Part shown: positions 24,501 to 36,143 of the stretch, one piece after another
How positions within the stretch are numbered: the first letter of the stretch is position 1
How the letters are laid out: each line of letters starts with the position of its first letter
NCBI GenBank assembly: GCA_021613535.1
Contig: CP075494.1
Location: forward strand, 930,001 to 994,000
Direction of reading: 5' to 3'
Origin: Adineta vaga
Taxonomy: Eukaryota; Animalia; Rotifera
DNA length: 64,000 nucleotides
Program-made: the position numbers and the translations under genes
The notes under the pieces: model-generated
Told to the model about the DNA's origin: nothing
What the model saw: the letters and a program-made list of their open reading frames with translations, nothing else
Database searches by the model: none

Positions 24501-26699
24501 ATTTAAATTTATACAAGGTCGATCATTAAGTAAATCACATGTACCATTTTCAGAAAGTCGAAGACAAGCATATTCTATGCTCAGGTCACACTCGTTCGAA
24601 AATGGTTGTTTACCATTGTATAAATTGTGAAATTTCTTCATTAGTACATAAGCGTTCACCAATTTCAAATTCCGTGTTGAATTATAATTATTAGTAAAGA
24701 ATATTGCCTCTTCGTCCGATGCATCAGAACAATCCCATTCTCCATCTAATACCCATTTCACATCGATGCACTGTCCTGTTCGACATTGCCATTGTTTGTC
24801 AGGACATATCCACCAATGATGACACAAACTCGGATCTTCATCTTTCTTTGATCCCATATCCCAAAATGTATCGCAATAGGTATGAAAAGAATTCTTTCTA
24901 GAGTTCGAGGGTGTATAGGAATTATTGTTTAAACTGGTCTTGCCAGACATTTCCACATATTGTTTAATTAATTCACAACCATTCTTCAATTCAGTGTTAC
25001 AAACAAGTTTTGACAACATTATTCCTGTTCCCATCCACATTTGATCGTAATAATTCCTGCACTTAGGCACTAGATCTCCAAGTTTGCTCACAAGTAAACA
25101 GCTTTCTTCTTCGATTGAACAACGAAAACGATGTTTCTGGATATTAACACAAGTATTCGACGGTATACCGCTCATTAATAGTAATACATCTTGTTGCATT
25201 TCATCAAAAATACAATCTTGATGTCCATCTTTGATTCGATAAGCAGAAATGCATTTCAAAGACTTTTTACATATGTCAATAAAATTATATGGTCGATTGT
25301 TGAAAGTACGAGATTTATTATAACAGAATTTATCATAGCCAGCATCCGTTATTATAGTACTGGATTTACTGTCACTACATATATCGCTTTCCATAGAAAG
25401 AAAATCTTTGTCGGGCAAAAATTGTAAAAATTTATTAACAACCATATATCCTCGACATTTAATAGTTGCATTTACATCGACTGAACGGAAACGTGTTCCG
25501 AATGGTAATCGAAGAAGAGAATAATTTTGTTGTGCATATGGAGCACCAATTCGACCATTAGGATAATAAACAAATGAAGAATTACATAGATTCTGAAGTT
25601 TATCCACATGGAAAGAAATATCTCTGTATCGACAGTTTTTTTCTGCTTGTTGGGAGAGAATACATCTTAATACATAAATACATTCTTCCGAATTACTACG
25701 ATTTTTAGTAATGATTTCTTCATATTGAGATCTTGAATGACATTTACCATTAGTTAATGTCCATTGACTTCGTGTTTTATGTGTTTCGCACATATAATAT
25801 TGTTCTCGTTGACTAATACATTCGAATGACGGTTTACTGTCTTCATAGTAAAGAGTGTAATGAGTAGGAAGACATTGTCCATCACCACAAGAAAAATCAT
25901 TCGGAAGACACAATCGATCATCACATTCATAATTAGCTTGTTGTAATCCACATTGTGTATCATTGAATAATTGTTTTTCATCTGTCAAATCTAAACAATC
26001 ATAATCACCATCAAGAAAATATTCTTCGGGAATACACATTCCATTCAGACATCGATATTCATCATTTTCACATTCATTAAATTCAAGTTTATCACAATTC
26101 TCTTCATCCAATCCAAACATACATTGTTGTAAGCCGTCACAAATATCTCGCCAATCCAAACATAAAAGACCAGAATCACAGGCTAATGTTATATAACAAA
26201 CGATATCCCCATATGTTTGCATTTCCCATGGTGTTTTTATTCTCATCTTCATTTCCCAATCGATAGTTTCTTGAAAGGTAGTACCTACTGGTAACAAATA
26301 TTCACAATTCCTTCCGAATGATTGCGGACGTATGCATTCGCACAAAGATTTTTTCTCGCCACTAATTGTCCCATTCGATTGCTGTTGTCTTATGTAAAAA
26401 GAGTATTCTTCTGCTTTTTCCATACTAGATTTCCATTCATGTAATATGATATCAACACTGATATTATTCTTGATGAGAGAAGCAAACGAATGAGATATAC
26501 CATCATGATAACACTTCCAATCTGTTTGATCTCGTTGAAGAATGATTGATGTATTTGGGCGTCGACAATGGATTAGACTATCATCAGACATACAGTCGTA
26601 AAACTGAACCGAGGAGCTATCATCTGTATCATAAATATATACTCTTTCTTCGATCAAAGGTAAGACTAACAAGACTATGATGACTCGTTCGAGAATCAT
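21510..26699 (-). CDS. LDLa + EGF repeat rhodopsin-like 7TM receptor (GRL101-like)
   Basis: N-terminal signal-like segment; LDLa motifs (ICDGLQQC..GLDEENC, DGDYDCLDLTDE, DGEWDCSDASDE); EGF repeats (CQSNPCKNNGTC); C-terminal 7TM with ERV at TM3. Probable in-frame 60-nt intron 22703-22762. Confidence 0.9.
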   Translation of the reverse strand: MILERVIIVLLVLPLIEERVYIYDTDDSSSVQFYDCMSDDSLIHCRRPNTSIILQRDQTDWKCYHDGISHSFASLIKNNISVDIILHEWKSSMEKAEEYSFYIRQQQSNGTISGEKKSLCECIRPQSFGRNCEYLLPVGTTFQETIDWEMKMRIKTPWEMQTYGDIVCYITLACDSGLLCLDWRDICDGLQQCMFGLDEENCDKLEFNECENDEYRCLNGMCIPEEYFLDGDYDCLDLTDEKQLFNDTQCGLQQANYECDDRLCLPNDFSCGDGQCLPTHYTLYYEDSKPSFECISQREQYYMCETHKTRSQWTLTNGKCHSRSQYEEIITKNRSNSEECIYVLRCILSQQAEKNCRYRDISFHVDKLQNLCNSSFVYYPNGRIGAPYAQQNYSLLRLPFGTRFRSVDVNATIKCRGYMVVNKFLQFLPDKDFLSMESDICSDSKSSTIITDAGYDKFCYNKSRTFNNRPYNFIDICKKSLKCISAYRIKDGHQDCIFDEMQQDVLLLMSGIPSNTCVNIQKHRFRCSIEEESCLLVSKLGDLVPKCRNYYDQMWMGTGIMLSKLVCNTELKNGCELIKQYVEMSGKTSLNNNSYTPSNSRKNSFHTYCDTFWDMGSKKDEDPSLCHHWWICPDKQWQCRTGQCIDVKWVLDGEWDCSDASDEEAIFFTNNYNSTRNLKLVNAYVLMKKFHNLYNGKQPFSNECDLSIEYACLRLSENGTCDLLNDRPCINLNQIGDGHIDCSGAIDERNTLTHCDSPFMLGYNFLCIYKIAGVRDFCKSYSVDNFDYNHWFCLCGIHWFAEDCESPSDFICMNPIQCVKGGWCNNKSECTYGEDENVCAARDYARSSSGDRFYREKKQIFVNEIKQEVHLRQFPINKNKTTINDKNISIELSLTTQIPSFESIFSSIPYWCNRGIGVYLYDNSTVCFCPPQYYGDKCQFHSDRLTVIFHLNLSQSIYAETQNPAIVLNVLIIFLYENQPLMTRYFYVRPIDEIDNIYKKHVHHLFYSVLQQALERKRNRYFNQSDIINRQPYSVRIEVYEFNIHNKGRLVAVWLYPIYFDFLPSFRLAKVLRLTKSNLTKNPCHSNPCGSHKECYQVINEISTYVCLCPNNYKGKDCSIIDKLCNENFCAPNSLCKPNYQGLLNGNERPFCICPLGRIGHRCELIQNICQSNPCKNNGTCFRTSYPNKFSCLCHNQYHGKHCELEKQSSRFYFNKIMKHRAAVVQYFDIDLYSFNLILIDQYSYLNLPHLLHYLHEYEFIPQIILVKLYVVTGIEIYIISLQTNVSSINETIELNDRNNCVHVETLFQTISGRRINFNIKIVLIDSYFFVIDISPIKYHYLCQQNVNLFCFVDDSYLCICDEIHERVECFGYDHSFDQCSRCLASGQCVKGNPSLTNDFVCICPECNHGRLCQFNTRQLTFTLDSLIQKDTREIKIIYLIIALLLSFIGGLTNLASFVTFRQPAPRKFGVGNYLLILSVSNQWSLFSLVLKLIEIFFSSLFNDISCKIVSYMLSLSTRYTYWLINWLTLERVYTVLFPFGTLPKKIRSAIFISVLTAIIIAGMHVHELFFYMIIEDSSGPGTCVANYPLLISSYNYVTVLIHYLVPFCIQSASITLIIFFTARSRSRANESHETFANVLKRQFRSQKELYITPLIIISSGLPQIIISSTFSCTELSIWQRHLLCITYFLSYAPQVLGFILFVIPSTTYLKEFQRTRLSKMFPFNLVAK

Positions 26700-27155
26700 C
26701 GCTAAAAATGCGAAAAATTCCTTTTAGTTAAATTTCTTTGTAGATTTGACTGTGAATATATAAATGATATTAGTACATTGTCGCGCAACATAATCCGATG
26801 TACATTATTCTATTTGATCATGTCTTTTCATGCTTAACCTGTATGATTCAATTAAGGCACGTTTGTCAAGCATGTTCATGTCTCTTTATCTATTCAAGTC
26901 ATGGCAAGCATTATGTCACGCTCTCGCATACATTTGGTGAAACACGTCCTAAAAGGAATGCTGAAATGATAAGGTAGCAAATTTGGATCTACCCCGCCGG
27001 CTCCCCCCCACAGATATCTTAGTTAAATAACTCATTAACTGTCTATTGACCATATGATATAGGAGGACAAGAGTCTAAAGTGGGTGAGCACGATACAAAC
27101 GAAATTCACAGTTTGTGTTCAGAGTCCTATAGAGAACATATTTGCCAATAAAATA

Positions 27156-27222
27156 GAGGGTGTCGGTGTTACTCTTCTCTTTACCCACCCACAACCACAC
27201 CTACACCCACACCCACACCCTC
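27156..27222. repeat. Telomeric fold-back unit
   Basis: GAGGGTGTCGGTGT-tactcttctcttt-ACCCACCC...ACACCCTC. Confidence 0.9.
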
Positions 27223-27855
27223 CTGCGACCGGTTTTATCTGGTCCCTTTTAGTTTCGGAGAGAACCGAAGGATTCCTCTTTCCACTTTCCGTTGATTTCT
27301 GATGTCTTCCTTCCGGATCCAGCCCGTACTTTTCGACATGGATATACAAGAAAAAGTCGAGGCAGGGTTGGAGCTAGTAAGTGGTTAAGATTGAGTCATC
27401 TGATCGTTATGTAGGGTGTCCATCGAGTTGTATTACGCGAAACTGCAAGCGATTTAAAAGTAAGAAACTCATCCTATACATTATCGTGGATATGTATGTA
27501 TTAGCTATAGATTAAAGCTACATGCGAAGTCTAAGGCTTTCTGACCGAAACTGAAATGAAGGTACAGTCAGAATATATCGGAAAGAAACAGATGAGTCTT
27601 GCAGCTTGATCTATGGAAGAAGAACAAGTGAATTTGAAATGCTATCGTGAGGGTAAATGGTTCCATTTCAGATATAGATTATAAAACAGAATGAAACAAT
27701 AGATAAAAAATTTCAAGGACAATTCTCTCTACATTTCTGTCGTTTTCTGACATGAAGTTTTCAATCTAAAAGGTTCTGAATCAACATCGGATACGGCCAG
27801 TAGTTAGATAGAATAAAATAAGAGAAAAAAGATTTTTATTATTAATGAAAATGAA

Positions 27856-30403
27856 TTATTTTTTTATAATAGAAAATTTATGTATTTGATTATTAACACC
27901 AATAAAAAGATTACCAAATTTATCAATATTGATTATAGTTGGCATAAATAAATTAAGTTTTCTAAAATCATCTCCATCAATAAGTATTCTAATCTCATTT
28001 GTTATCATATTTAATTGATAAACGGTACATTTATATGCATCAACAAAATAAAGATAATCATTACAATCCATTGTTATTCCCATGACATATGTTAAATTTC
28101 CAATGACAGTAGTACCTTCGCTTGCATTAACTTTCCATTTTTGAATACGATGATTATTCCAATCAGCTATATATAATGTTAAATCATCAGTAATAAGAAT
28201 TTTCACTGGATCCCACAAATCAGTTGATTGATTTTTATATGGATTTTTTCCAGCAACAATGACTCTTTTTGTATAATTTGTTGATGATAACCATTTTTCA
28301 ATAAAAGATCTTGTTCCAACATAAATATTCTTTTCTTTATCTAATGTTAGATGTGGAGAAAATTGTTCGAATAAATATCCACCTGTATTATTCAATAGAA
28401 TTCTTCCAGTTTTTTCATTTTTTTTCCATAGATGAACACGATAAGATGCATCATATGTTTGTTTTTGATCAAAATCCAAAATATACATATCTTCTGTTTG
28501 AATATCAACAAAAATTGATTGTGGACGAAAAAGATCTGTATTAGCAACAGTAATACCAGTTAGACCTACTTGGATATCATAAGTTTCATTTAAGAAATAT
28601 TTTTGTATTCGATTATTTTGTGTATCAACAACATAAAGAGTATCATGAATATCATCAAGAAATAAATCTCCTGGATTACATATACTATTTACATCTGAAA
28701 GACATTGACCACGTCGATTAACCAATACAGAACTTGTTCTATTCCATGTTGCATTTATAGATGGAATAGGACAAGATTTTGGTTGAACAGGACCTACTGT
28801 ACGATTAAAAGTTACTGTAGTGTATCCACTGACAACAATAAAGAATGGTCCTATGACATTAGGATTGTATGTAGTAACAACCAAAAGAATTGGATCTGCA
28901 GTAGGAAAATTCATCATAATACTGAATTCCCATCTCTCGACATTTTCATCATCAAATGCGTAGAGTAAATTTGCAGCTGGATTCAATGGATTAAACGTTT
29001 GATTATAAATATAAGCAAATGTATCAATATTACTATTGCATCGAAAAATATATGGACCAGCTGCTGGAACTGTTATTTTAATGACTTCATAATAGAAATT
29101 TCCCGAGGAACTACCATTACGTGTAAACATTAAATTTTGATTTGTCAATTCACTTGAATAAGTGGAAGTTGTCATATATGCAAATGCTATAGAATACAAA
29201 GAAACCAAAAATCTCAAAATTAATATTTAGGGATTGATTTTTTACCTGGTTCGATTGGAGCTGTGAATGGTGGTAATGTAAGTCCAGTAGATGAACAATT
29301 ATAATATCGACGAACTAATTGAATATCACCTGAAGTTAAATTATATCGTTGTCCGATTTTAATATTTGGCTGAAGTGGCTCGATTGTTGCTAAACTGTTT
29401 TTCGAGAAATCATATTTCCCATAGTGCATGATCGATGCATAATCGTATGGAGAATTAAACATATCAGCAACAGGATTCTTATAGATCACGTATTGCGTAT
29501 CCATTCCTGGTTTCATATTCTCCGGATATATTCTAACATAAGAATCACGATCTTCCCGTGATTGTTCATGGAAAATACCTATTTAAAACATCGAATCGGT
29601 TTCCATTTCCATTCTTTCATTTCGAACTTACCTAATACATGCATAAATTCATGAAAAGTTCTTCCGTCATCAAAACAACCTGGATATTGTAATATCACAT
29701 CTCCAGTAAATTGTCCAACCTAAACAAAATCAGATAAGAAGTTTTAAAAGAAAATGAAAATAGTTGATTTTATATACCGGTGCCAAACAACCTGTACCAT
29801 TTTGTATTGTAATATAATACAAGTCACTTGAGACTCGTGGTCGAAATAGTATACATTGAACATTATTTATGGCAACTAACTTTTCTAATTTACGCATCCG
29901 AGTTACAATAGCCGATTGTAATTCGGCCGCTAGAAAATAAATCATTTCATTAGATAAAACTTTCAGCAAAACAAAATTCTCATACTATATCCTGATCCAA
30001 ATTGATAAGGAATAATTCCATTAACCCAACGTGCACCAGTACCCATTCGTACCAAACCACGCTAAATTTAATAAGAAAAATATAGAATAGAATTAAAATA
30101 GATTCATCGTCAACTTACCGTTTTACGTGATGACGAAACTATACCTTCTTCAATTACATCTGTTGAAAAATAAATGAACATATAGATCAAATATAATAGA
30201 ATTCTGGAAAAGAGTAACTTACGTATTCCTTCTAGATTTAGATTATTGACTGGTGGATCTTTGGTGAAAACCTAAATTCATATATCATGGTTTTTATATA
30301 ATTTCAAATTAATATTCTAACTACTTACCACTGCAGTTGGTGTTGCATAAACACTTCCAACAATAACGACAACAATCCATACAGCGAAAACAACAAAATT
30401 CAT
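27856..30403 (-). CDS. Secreted astacin (M12A) metalloprotease fused to a beta-rich domain and NHL repeats; multi-exon
   Basis: Signal peptide MNFVVFAVWIVVVIVGSVYA at 30403; RWVNGIIPY; zinc motif HEFMHVLG|IFHEQSREDRD across an intron; Met-turn SIMHYG. Phase-1 intron 29187-29245 joins the NHL exon (LYIADWNNHRIQKW). Confidence 0.85.
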
Positions 30404-30958
30404 CGTATCAATCGAATAGTCCTTCAATCACTGACGATATACTTTCTGATATTTGCAACTATATATACCCATCTATGTCCTACACAATAGTCATGCGTCA
30501 TTAGGCTTTGATTGACAGGTTGGTATTAATTATATAGAGATTCTTCACTTATAGAAATATAAAGGAAGTACTTCTGTACATACCGTCTGATTAAATATGG
30601 GTAAAAAAACCAATATAATCATGATCAAAACAAAAATATATATTACTAATCGCGATATGAATCTGAAAAGGTATTAAAAAAATTAAGATTGTTTACCTGT
30701 AAAAAAAACCGTGGGGATATTTTCAGTTCTTGCATCATATATTATAGTCATGTGTCATCATATATTCAAATATTGTACTCAAATACAGTATAAGTGGGAA
30801 AAGTATTGACACAACTTGGCTTGTCTTTTTAGCAAAAGATGTTTGAAGAAATATCATAACAGTAGGTATTCAATCCGTTATCTTTCAATTTTATTGTTGT
30901 AAATGTATAGATAAAATATGGGATATCAAAATTCACACGAAAATTTAGTTTCTATTTA

Positions 30959-31544
30959 TTATAATTGGTATATTTGAGAACGTCGTAAAAATGTATATCT
31001 ATATTCTCCACCACTAACTAATACACTTCCATTTGTTAAAATACATGATGTGTGCATATATCGACCATCCTTCATGTTGTCAGTATTTATCCATAATTCT
31101 GTTGATGGATTATATAATTCAGCACTATCTAACCATCCATCACCATATCCGCCAGTTATTAAAACATATCCATTTTGTAATATAGATGCTGCATGATATT
31201 TTCGACCATAACTCATATTACCGATAATTCTACATAATCCAGATGATGAATCGTATAACTCGGCTGTATTTAAAATTCCATTCATATTAAATCCTCCAGT
31301 TACTAATACTTTTTCATTGCCTAATAGAGATGTTGTGTGTACATACCGACCATAACTCATATTACCAGTAACGGTCCACACTCTTGTTGATGGATCATAT
31401 AATTCAGCACTATTAAATAATATATTCATACTATATCCACCACTCACTAGTATTTTTCCATTATTTAAGATAACTGCAGTGTGCCCATATCTCGCATAAG
31501 TCATATTACCAGTAACTGTCCATAATTCTGTTGTTGAATCGTAC
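30959..31544 (-). pseudogene. Kelch-repeat protein, 5'-truncated fragment
   Basis: About four Kelch repeats; similarity breaks abruptly upstream of YDSTTELW with no obvious acceptor site. Confidence 0.7.
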
Positions 31545-32158
31545 TTATTCGATCAGGATTAGAGCAGCGAGACTTTGCTATTGGAATGATGTGATCTAAA
31601 TATGATAATTTATCTTGAACTGATTGTAACAAATAAACAAACCTTTATGACCTTTCAGGTCTAACATTTTAATGGAAATAAAACAATTTTCTTTTTATTG
31701 AAAAACAGGTGGTACAACCCTTGCACCAGCGGCCTCAAAGGGTTAATTAAATATAAATATATTTGCAAATCTATGAATCAGACTAGTAAAAATCGAAGAT
31801 TTTATCGATTTATCAATCAATATGATTTAGCACAATGTGAAATTGAATTAGCCATTAAATATTTCGCTATTGGACAATGTAATCAAGCTATGACGTATTT
31901 AGCAGACGTAATATCACTGTATAATGATTAATCATAGTCAATTATAAGAAATATTAACCGATAGATCAATTGAATCAGAAAAACATATTGAAGCTTATGA
32001 ATATATTAAAACATCTCGTTGATTATTGTAGGAACAAATGCGTATGTTACAACTCAAAATGAAAAGACAATGTAATAAGATTGTTGCATGTATTGATTGT
32101 GATCAACAATTGAAAAAATTAGAAATTAGAGAAAAAATGTTAGAAAAAAGATCCTGAA

Positions 32159-32201
32159 GGTGTGGACGAGGGTGTCTCTACTTACTCCGACACTCACACC
32201 T
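32159..32201. repeat. Degenerate telomeric fold-back unit
   Basis: GGTGTGGACGAGGGTGT-ctctacttact-CCGACACTCACACC. Confidence 0.7.
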
Positions 32202-32298
32202 TCCTTCATATACAACATAAAATATAAGATATATAAATTTTAGTTACGTAATAAAAATTCTCATTTTACATTACAAAAACAAATTATTCTTGTATAAT

Positions 32299-32574
32299 TT
32301 ATGAAGAAGTAGCTAGTTGATAGTTTGAATTAGGTCCACGGCGGATACCATCATCTGAAACTACCTTTTGGGCAAATCGTTTTGCATATTGTTCACGACA
32401 GCGAGCGCGGCCAGTTTTCTTTTTTGGTTTTTCTTGTGGAGCAACCTATTAAAAATAATAGATTAGTTATTATTTTGCAAATTATCACAAAAAACTATAT
32501 GTAATTTAAACACTTACTTTTGGTGTCTGATTTTTAACTTTGCCAGCACGATTGATTCCTCCATGGGTGGGCAT
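32299..32574 (-). CDS. RPS30: 40S ribosomal protein eS30-like, without ubiquitin-like leader (67 aa, 2 exons)
   Basis: Not in the ORF track. Exon 32574-32518 MPTHGGINRAGKVKNQTPK; intron 32517-32446; exon 32445-32299 VAPQEKPKKKTGRARCREQYAKRF...RGPNSN. In-frame TAA upstream of the ATG; TATA-like element ~70 nt upstream. Confidence 0.9.
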
Positions 32575-33227
32575 AGTTGTAGTTGGAGAATCAATTTAAT
32601 ATAACAGTTAGTAATGTCATACTAGAAGACTGATACCTCTTTATATACCTGTAAAATTACCTTATCTTAATGGAAAAATACCTAAGTTTTATTATTACGA
32701 AATTATTTACGCATAATTATTGCGAAACGTTATCAAGAAATCATGATGATATAAACCATATGTCTTTTCTTCATATACAGGTGATTCATACTTACGCCAT
32801 CTATGAAGCAATATCATAGTTGAGTATTTGTTTCTGTTTTGATGTTTGTTATAGAAGTAGGAATCATTCTATTTTAATTTAATTTGAAGTCTATATCAAA
32901 TAAGAATAACTTTTGATGGATGTTATAGTAAGTAACCGAGATGAAAAGGTTAGCATCAAAATGTGAAGTGAAAGACAAACAAGAAAGCAATAATACCATT
33001 TTTTTGTGTCTCTTGACAACTAGTTGGCAAGTCTTAAGGAAGAAAGAAAAGAAATATGGATGGCCTTCCTTGTTTACCAAGATATTCATTTCAAGATCCA
33101 TATGTCAGTCACACGTTTGATGTTAAAAAATGGTCATCATGCAACTAAATGACCTCAACTAGGGCTAAGTAAGAATTAATCATATTTTGTCGATTAACTA
33201 CATATCTTAAATTGTTATTCGTTGCCA

Positions 33228-33283
33228 GGTGTGGGTGTATCGTCTTCAACAAAACTCACACCTATACCCATACCCACACTCTC
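33228..33283. repeat. Telomeric fold-back unit
   Basis: GGTGTGGGTGT-atcgtcttcaacaaa-ACTCACACCTATACCCATACCCACACTCTC. Confidence 0.8.
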
Positions 33284-33981
33284 AACACAAAAAATTTCAT
33301 GACTTTCTTATCGTTGAAGAATATTATCAGCTGACAATTTGACATATTGTCTTCGGTGAATCACTAACAATAAATAAGGCTTGTTATTCAATAATAGTTT
33401 TCATATTGTTCTGTTGATTTCTAATTTCATTCCTATACAGTATGTTAATACTAAAATGAGAGCGCATTTTGCTAGATTTAGCTATTTTATTTCTTGAATC
33501 GGATAGCTTTTACTGCAACTTAATGAGTTTGTTTTACGTTTCAAAAACATTTTGGCATTTCGAAACCCTGTGTTTGCTGTCTCTGTCGTGAGTTTAGTGT
33601 GAAACTATTAGAATATATTATAACACTTGACATATTTTGTATTCTATAACAAAATCACTTTTCTACTTTGAGAAACTGAAGTCGAAAAGTGCAAGTCAAT
33701 CTCTGCAAGAAGACATCGCAGTCTTGACGGTGTGTGTATTTCATGTTTATCAACACCCTCACGTTTTAGAAAAAAACCACAACGTAGGTAAAGTTTTTCT
33801 TCTAATTAGTATCATTATTGTTCGTTGATTAAAATACATTCGAAAGAATAAAACATGAAAATTCTGATTAAATTGATCTGGTAAACTGGACTACGAGGAT
33901 AGATGTTAGTGTGAATTATAAAGATATACTCACATCGACACCTATTGTTTTAAAACTGATGTTGTAAATGTATGAAATAGT

Positions 33982-34617
33982 TTATTTTATTGCTTTGTAA
34001 TATGAATATGTACCAATTTTCGTATTGATAAAATCTATTTCATTGACATTTTTAAAGCCTACTTGTTCCATATATTTTGGTAAAAGACCATTAATATTGT
34101 CATTAGTAGTTTTAAAACCATCAAGAATTTGAATAAAATAAAAAGCAAATCGCATAGTTTTCGATTTAGCTTGTCCCCAATCTCCAATAATAAGTTATCC
34201 ACCATTTGGTTTTAATACACGAAAAATTTCTCTCAAACAAAATAATTTCGTTTCTTTGTCAAGTTGATGAAAAACTAATGAACTAAAGACTTTATCAAAT
34301 GAATTGGTAGTATATGAAAGTGTTTTTCCATCATAAAGATCTGGAGTTATATCAAAATCATGTTTTCTTATTTTATATTCTGCAATAGCTTTGACTTTTG
34401 GATCAATATCAATACCAATAAATTTTGATTTCTTGTTTCTTTGATAAGCAAGAATTAAATTTTGTCCAATTCCAAATCCAAATTCTAAGATCCTTTCTCC
34501 ATTATTAAGTTTTGTTCTAAATTTAGTTTCAGGCATTGTTAGTTTAATTGTTAAATCATAAAACTTTGTCAACCAATCATAACCTAATGCTGGAATAAAT
34601 TTTTTCTTGTCTGACAT
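33982..34617 (-). pseudogene. Bacterial-type class I SAM methyltransferase (UbiE-like), premature stop
   Basis: ILEFGFGIG, FDKVFSSLVFHQL, EIFRVLKPNG. TAA at 34195-34197 is followed in frame by LIIGDWGQAKS...GTYSYYKAIK*. Intronless. Confidence 0.85.
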
Positions 34618-34782
34618 ATTTATTAAACTGTTTAGCTTTAATGTTGATAATCACGTCGACGAAGTTTCCATGAAAAGCGAATATCGCGGATTTTATTCTG
34701 ACAAAATTTTTGTCATTACATAGATGGTTATATACTGTTGATAGATAAAGTGAAGATAACAATATAAAAGAAAAGGCGTTGA

Positions 34783-35115
34783 TGTGTGTAGGTGTGGGTG
34801 TGGGTGTGGGTGTGGGTGTGGAAGAGAGACATACCCACACCCACACCCACCCCACCCGCTTCTGCTTGTTTATGTATGGTTGATTGCCGTCGAATCATGT
34901 CGTCGCCGCACATTTTGAATGCTCGTGTACGTCTTGTATCACCAACAAAATCGGTCTCTCTCATATCAAGCGACTTTCGTTCTTTCCGATCGAATCGTAA
35001 GAATCGGTGGCAGGTGTTTTCTTTTTCTCTTTGCGCACCAGCAGCTGTTGCCAAAGGTAACTCCAATTTTTCAGTCGCCTTATCGCCGTTGCTCGTGTGG
35101 GTGTGGGTGTGGGTG
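34783..35115. repeat. Telomeric fold-back unit (34783-34857) plus solo G-arm (35096-35115)
   Basis: (GGTGTG)5-gaagagagac-ATACCCACACCCACACCC; second G-arm is followed by a GTAAAGACAAC spacer-like motif. Confidence 0.9.
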
Positions 35116-35236
35116 TCTGCATCCAGTAAAGACAACTACAAAGCATGGGTTAGGTTCTCAAAAAAACTGAATCTGGAGTGAAATGACTACTCTACCTGTA
35201 TAGAGTGGGTGTGAAGTTTATAAAATAGAGAATGAC

Positions 35237-35331
35237 TTGCAGCGGGACAGTGGGTGTAGAATGGGACTGATGTTGCAGCGGGACAGTGGGTGTAGAATGG
35301 GACTGGAGTTGCAGCGGGACAGTGGGAGTGG
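35237..35331 (+). repeat. 36-bp tandem repeat, ~2.6 copies
   Basis: TTGCAGCGGGACAGTGGGTGTAGAATGGGACTG(A/G). Confidence 0.85.
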
Positions 35332-35648
35332 ATTTAAAAGGAACAGAGCTGTATATCGTATGCATAGCGAGACAAAATCAGTAGAAAAGAACTAATGAAG
35401 AGATGCGAAGGTCTGAAAAAAAGACCTGGTGCATGACGTGAAAAGGGATATAGGAAGGATCTCAGTACGGAGGAGAAAGACGTGTAGAAGACAGGTAACG
35501 TACGCTGAGTGACGACCTGAAAGATTACACTAACTAAGTCAGGGTGGCAAAGGAGGGTGTGAGGATTTTTTGATACACGACGGATAAATACGAACGGAGA
35601 GGTCCTGTGGGTGATAAGAAAAGCACTGCTGTAGATAGAAAACGTAAA

Positions 35649-36143
35649 TTATGTCGTTTTTGCAGCGGGTATCTCCGCTAGTCTTTCAATAGAATAGCTT
35701 TTAGTAGATAATTCAATGTCAGAAAATACATCGTAAAAACTGGTAATGTGTTTTCCACCTCGACCTTCACTAATAAATTCACCAAAATTACTGGATAAAA
35801 ATATGTTGGCCCATTTATTAGCTGTTTTAGTCGTTAATGCACCAATCTTTTTAAAAAAGTCATCGCATTTAAGCCAATTTATATCAAAATAACGAAGAGT
35901 CATATATAATAAAACAGTAACAAGTTTTGAACCAATTTTGTCTTTAATCAATTCGAAAATATCCCCAATATCATCGACTTTTAACTTATCAATAAAGCGA
36001 AGAAACTCAAAACTATCATCATCTTCATCCTGACTAGTTTCTTCTTCAGATGTGTTCTCACATTCTGATAACACTCGTTGTTTATGCCAGCGTCTTTGTA
36101 TGTACGTGCGTCCTAAGGAACGACGTTTTCTTAGTTTTGGCAT
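35649..36143 (-). pseudogene. N-terminal fragment of a probable transposase-associated protein
   Basis: Basic NLS-like start MPKLRKRRS, acidic tract, HTH-like TANKW...GRGGKH segment; ends abruptly in unrelated sequence. No catalytic domain present. Confidence 0.4.

Noticed and set aside
34577-35181. Short ORFs with WVWVWV / PTPTPT / HTHTHT / GCGCG tracts (also at 3862, 6036, 19863, 20018, 21184, 27084, 27119, 43442, 43451, 51081)
   Set aside because: These are translations of stop-free telomeric hexamers, not genes.
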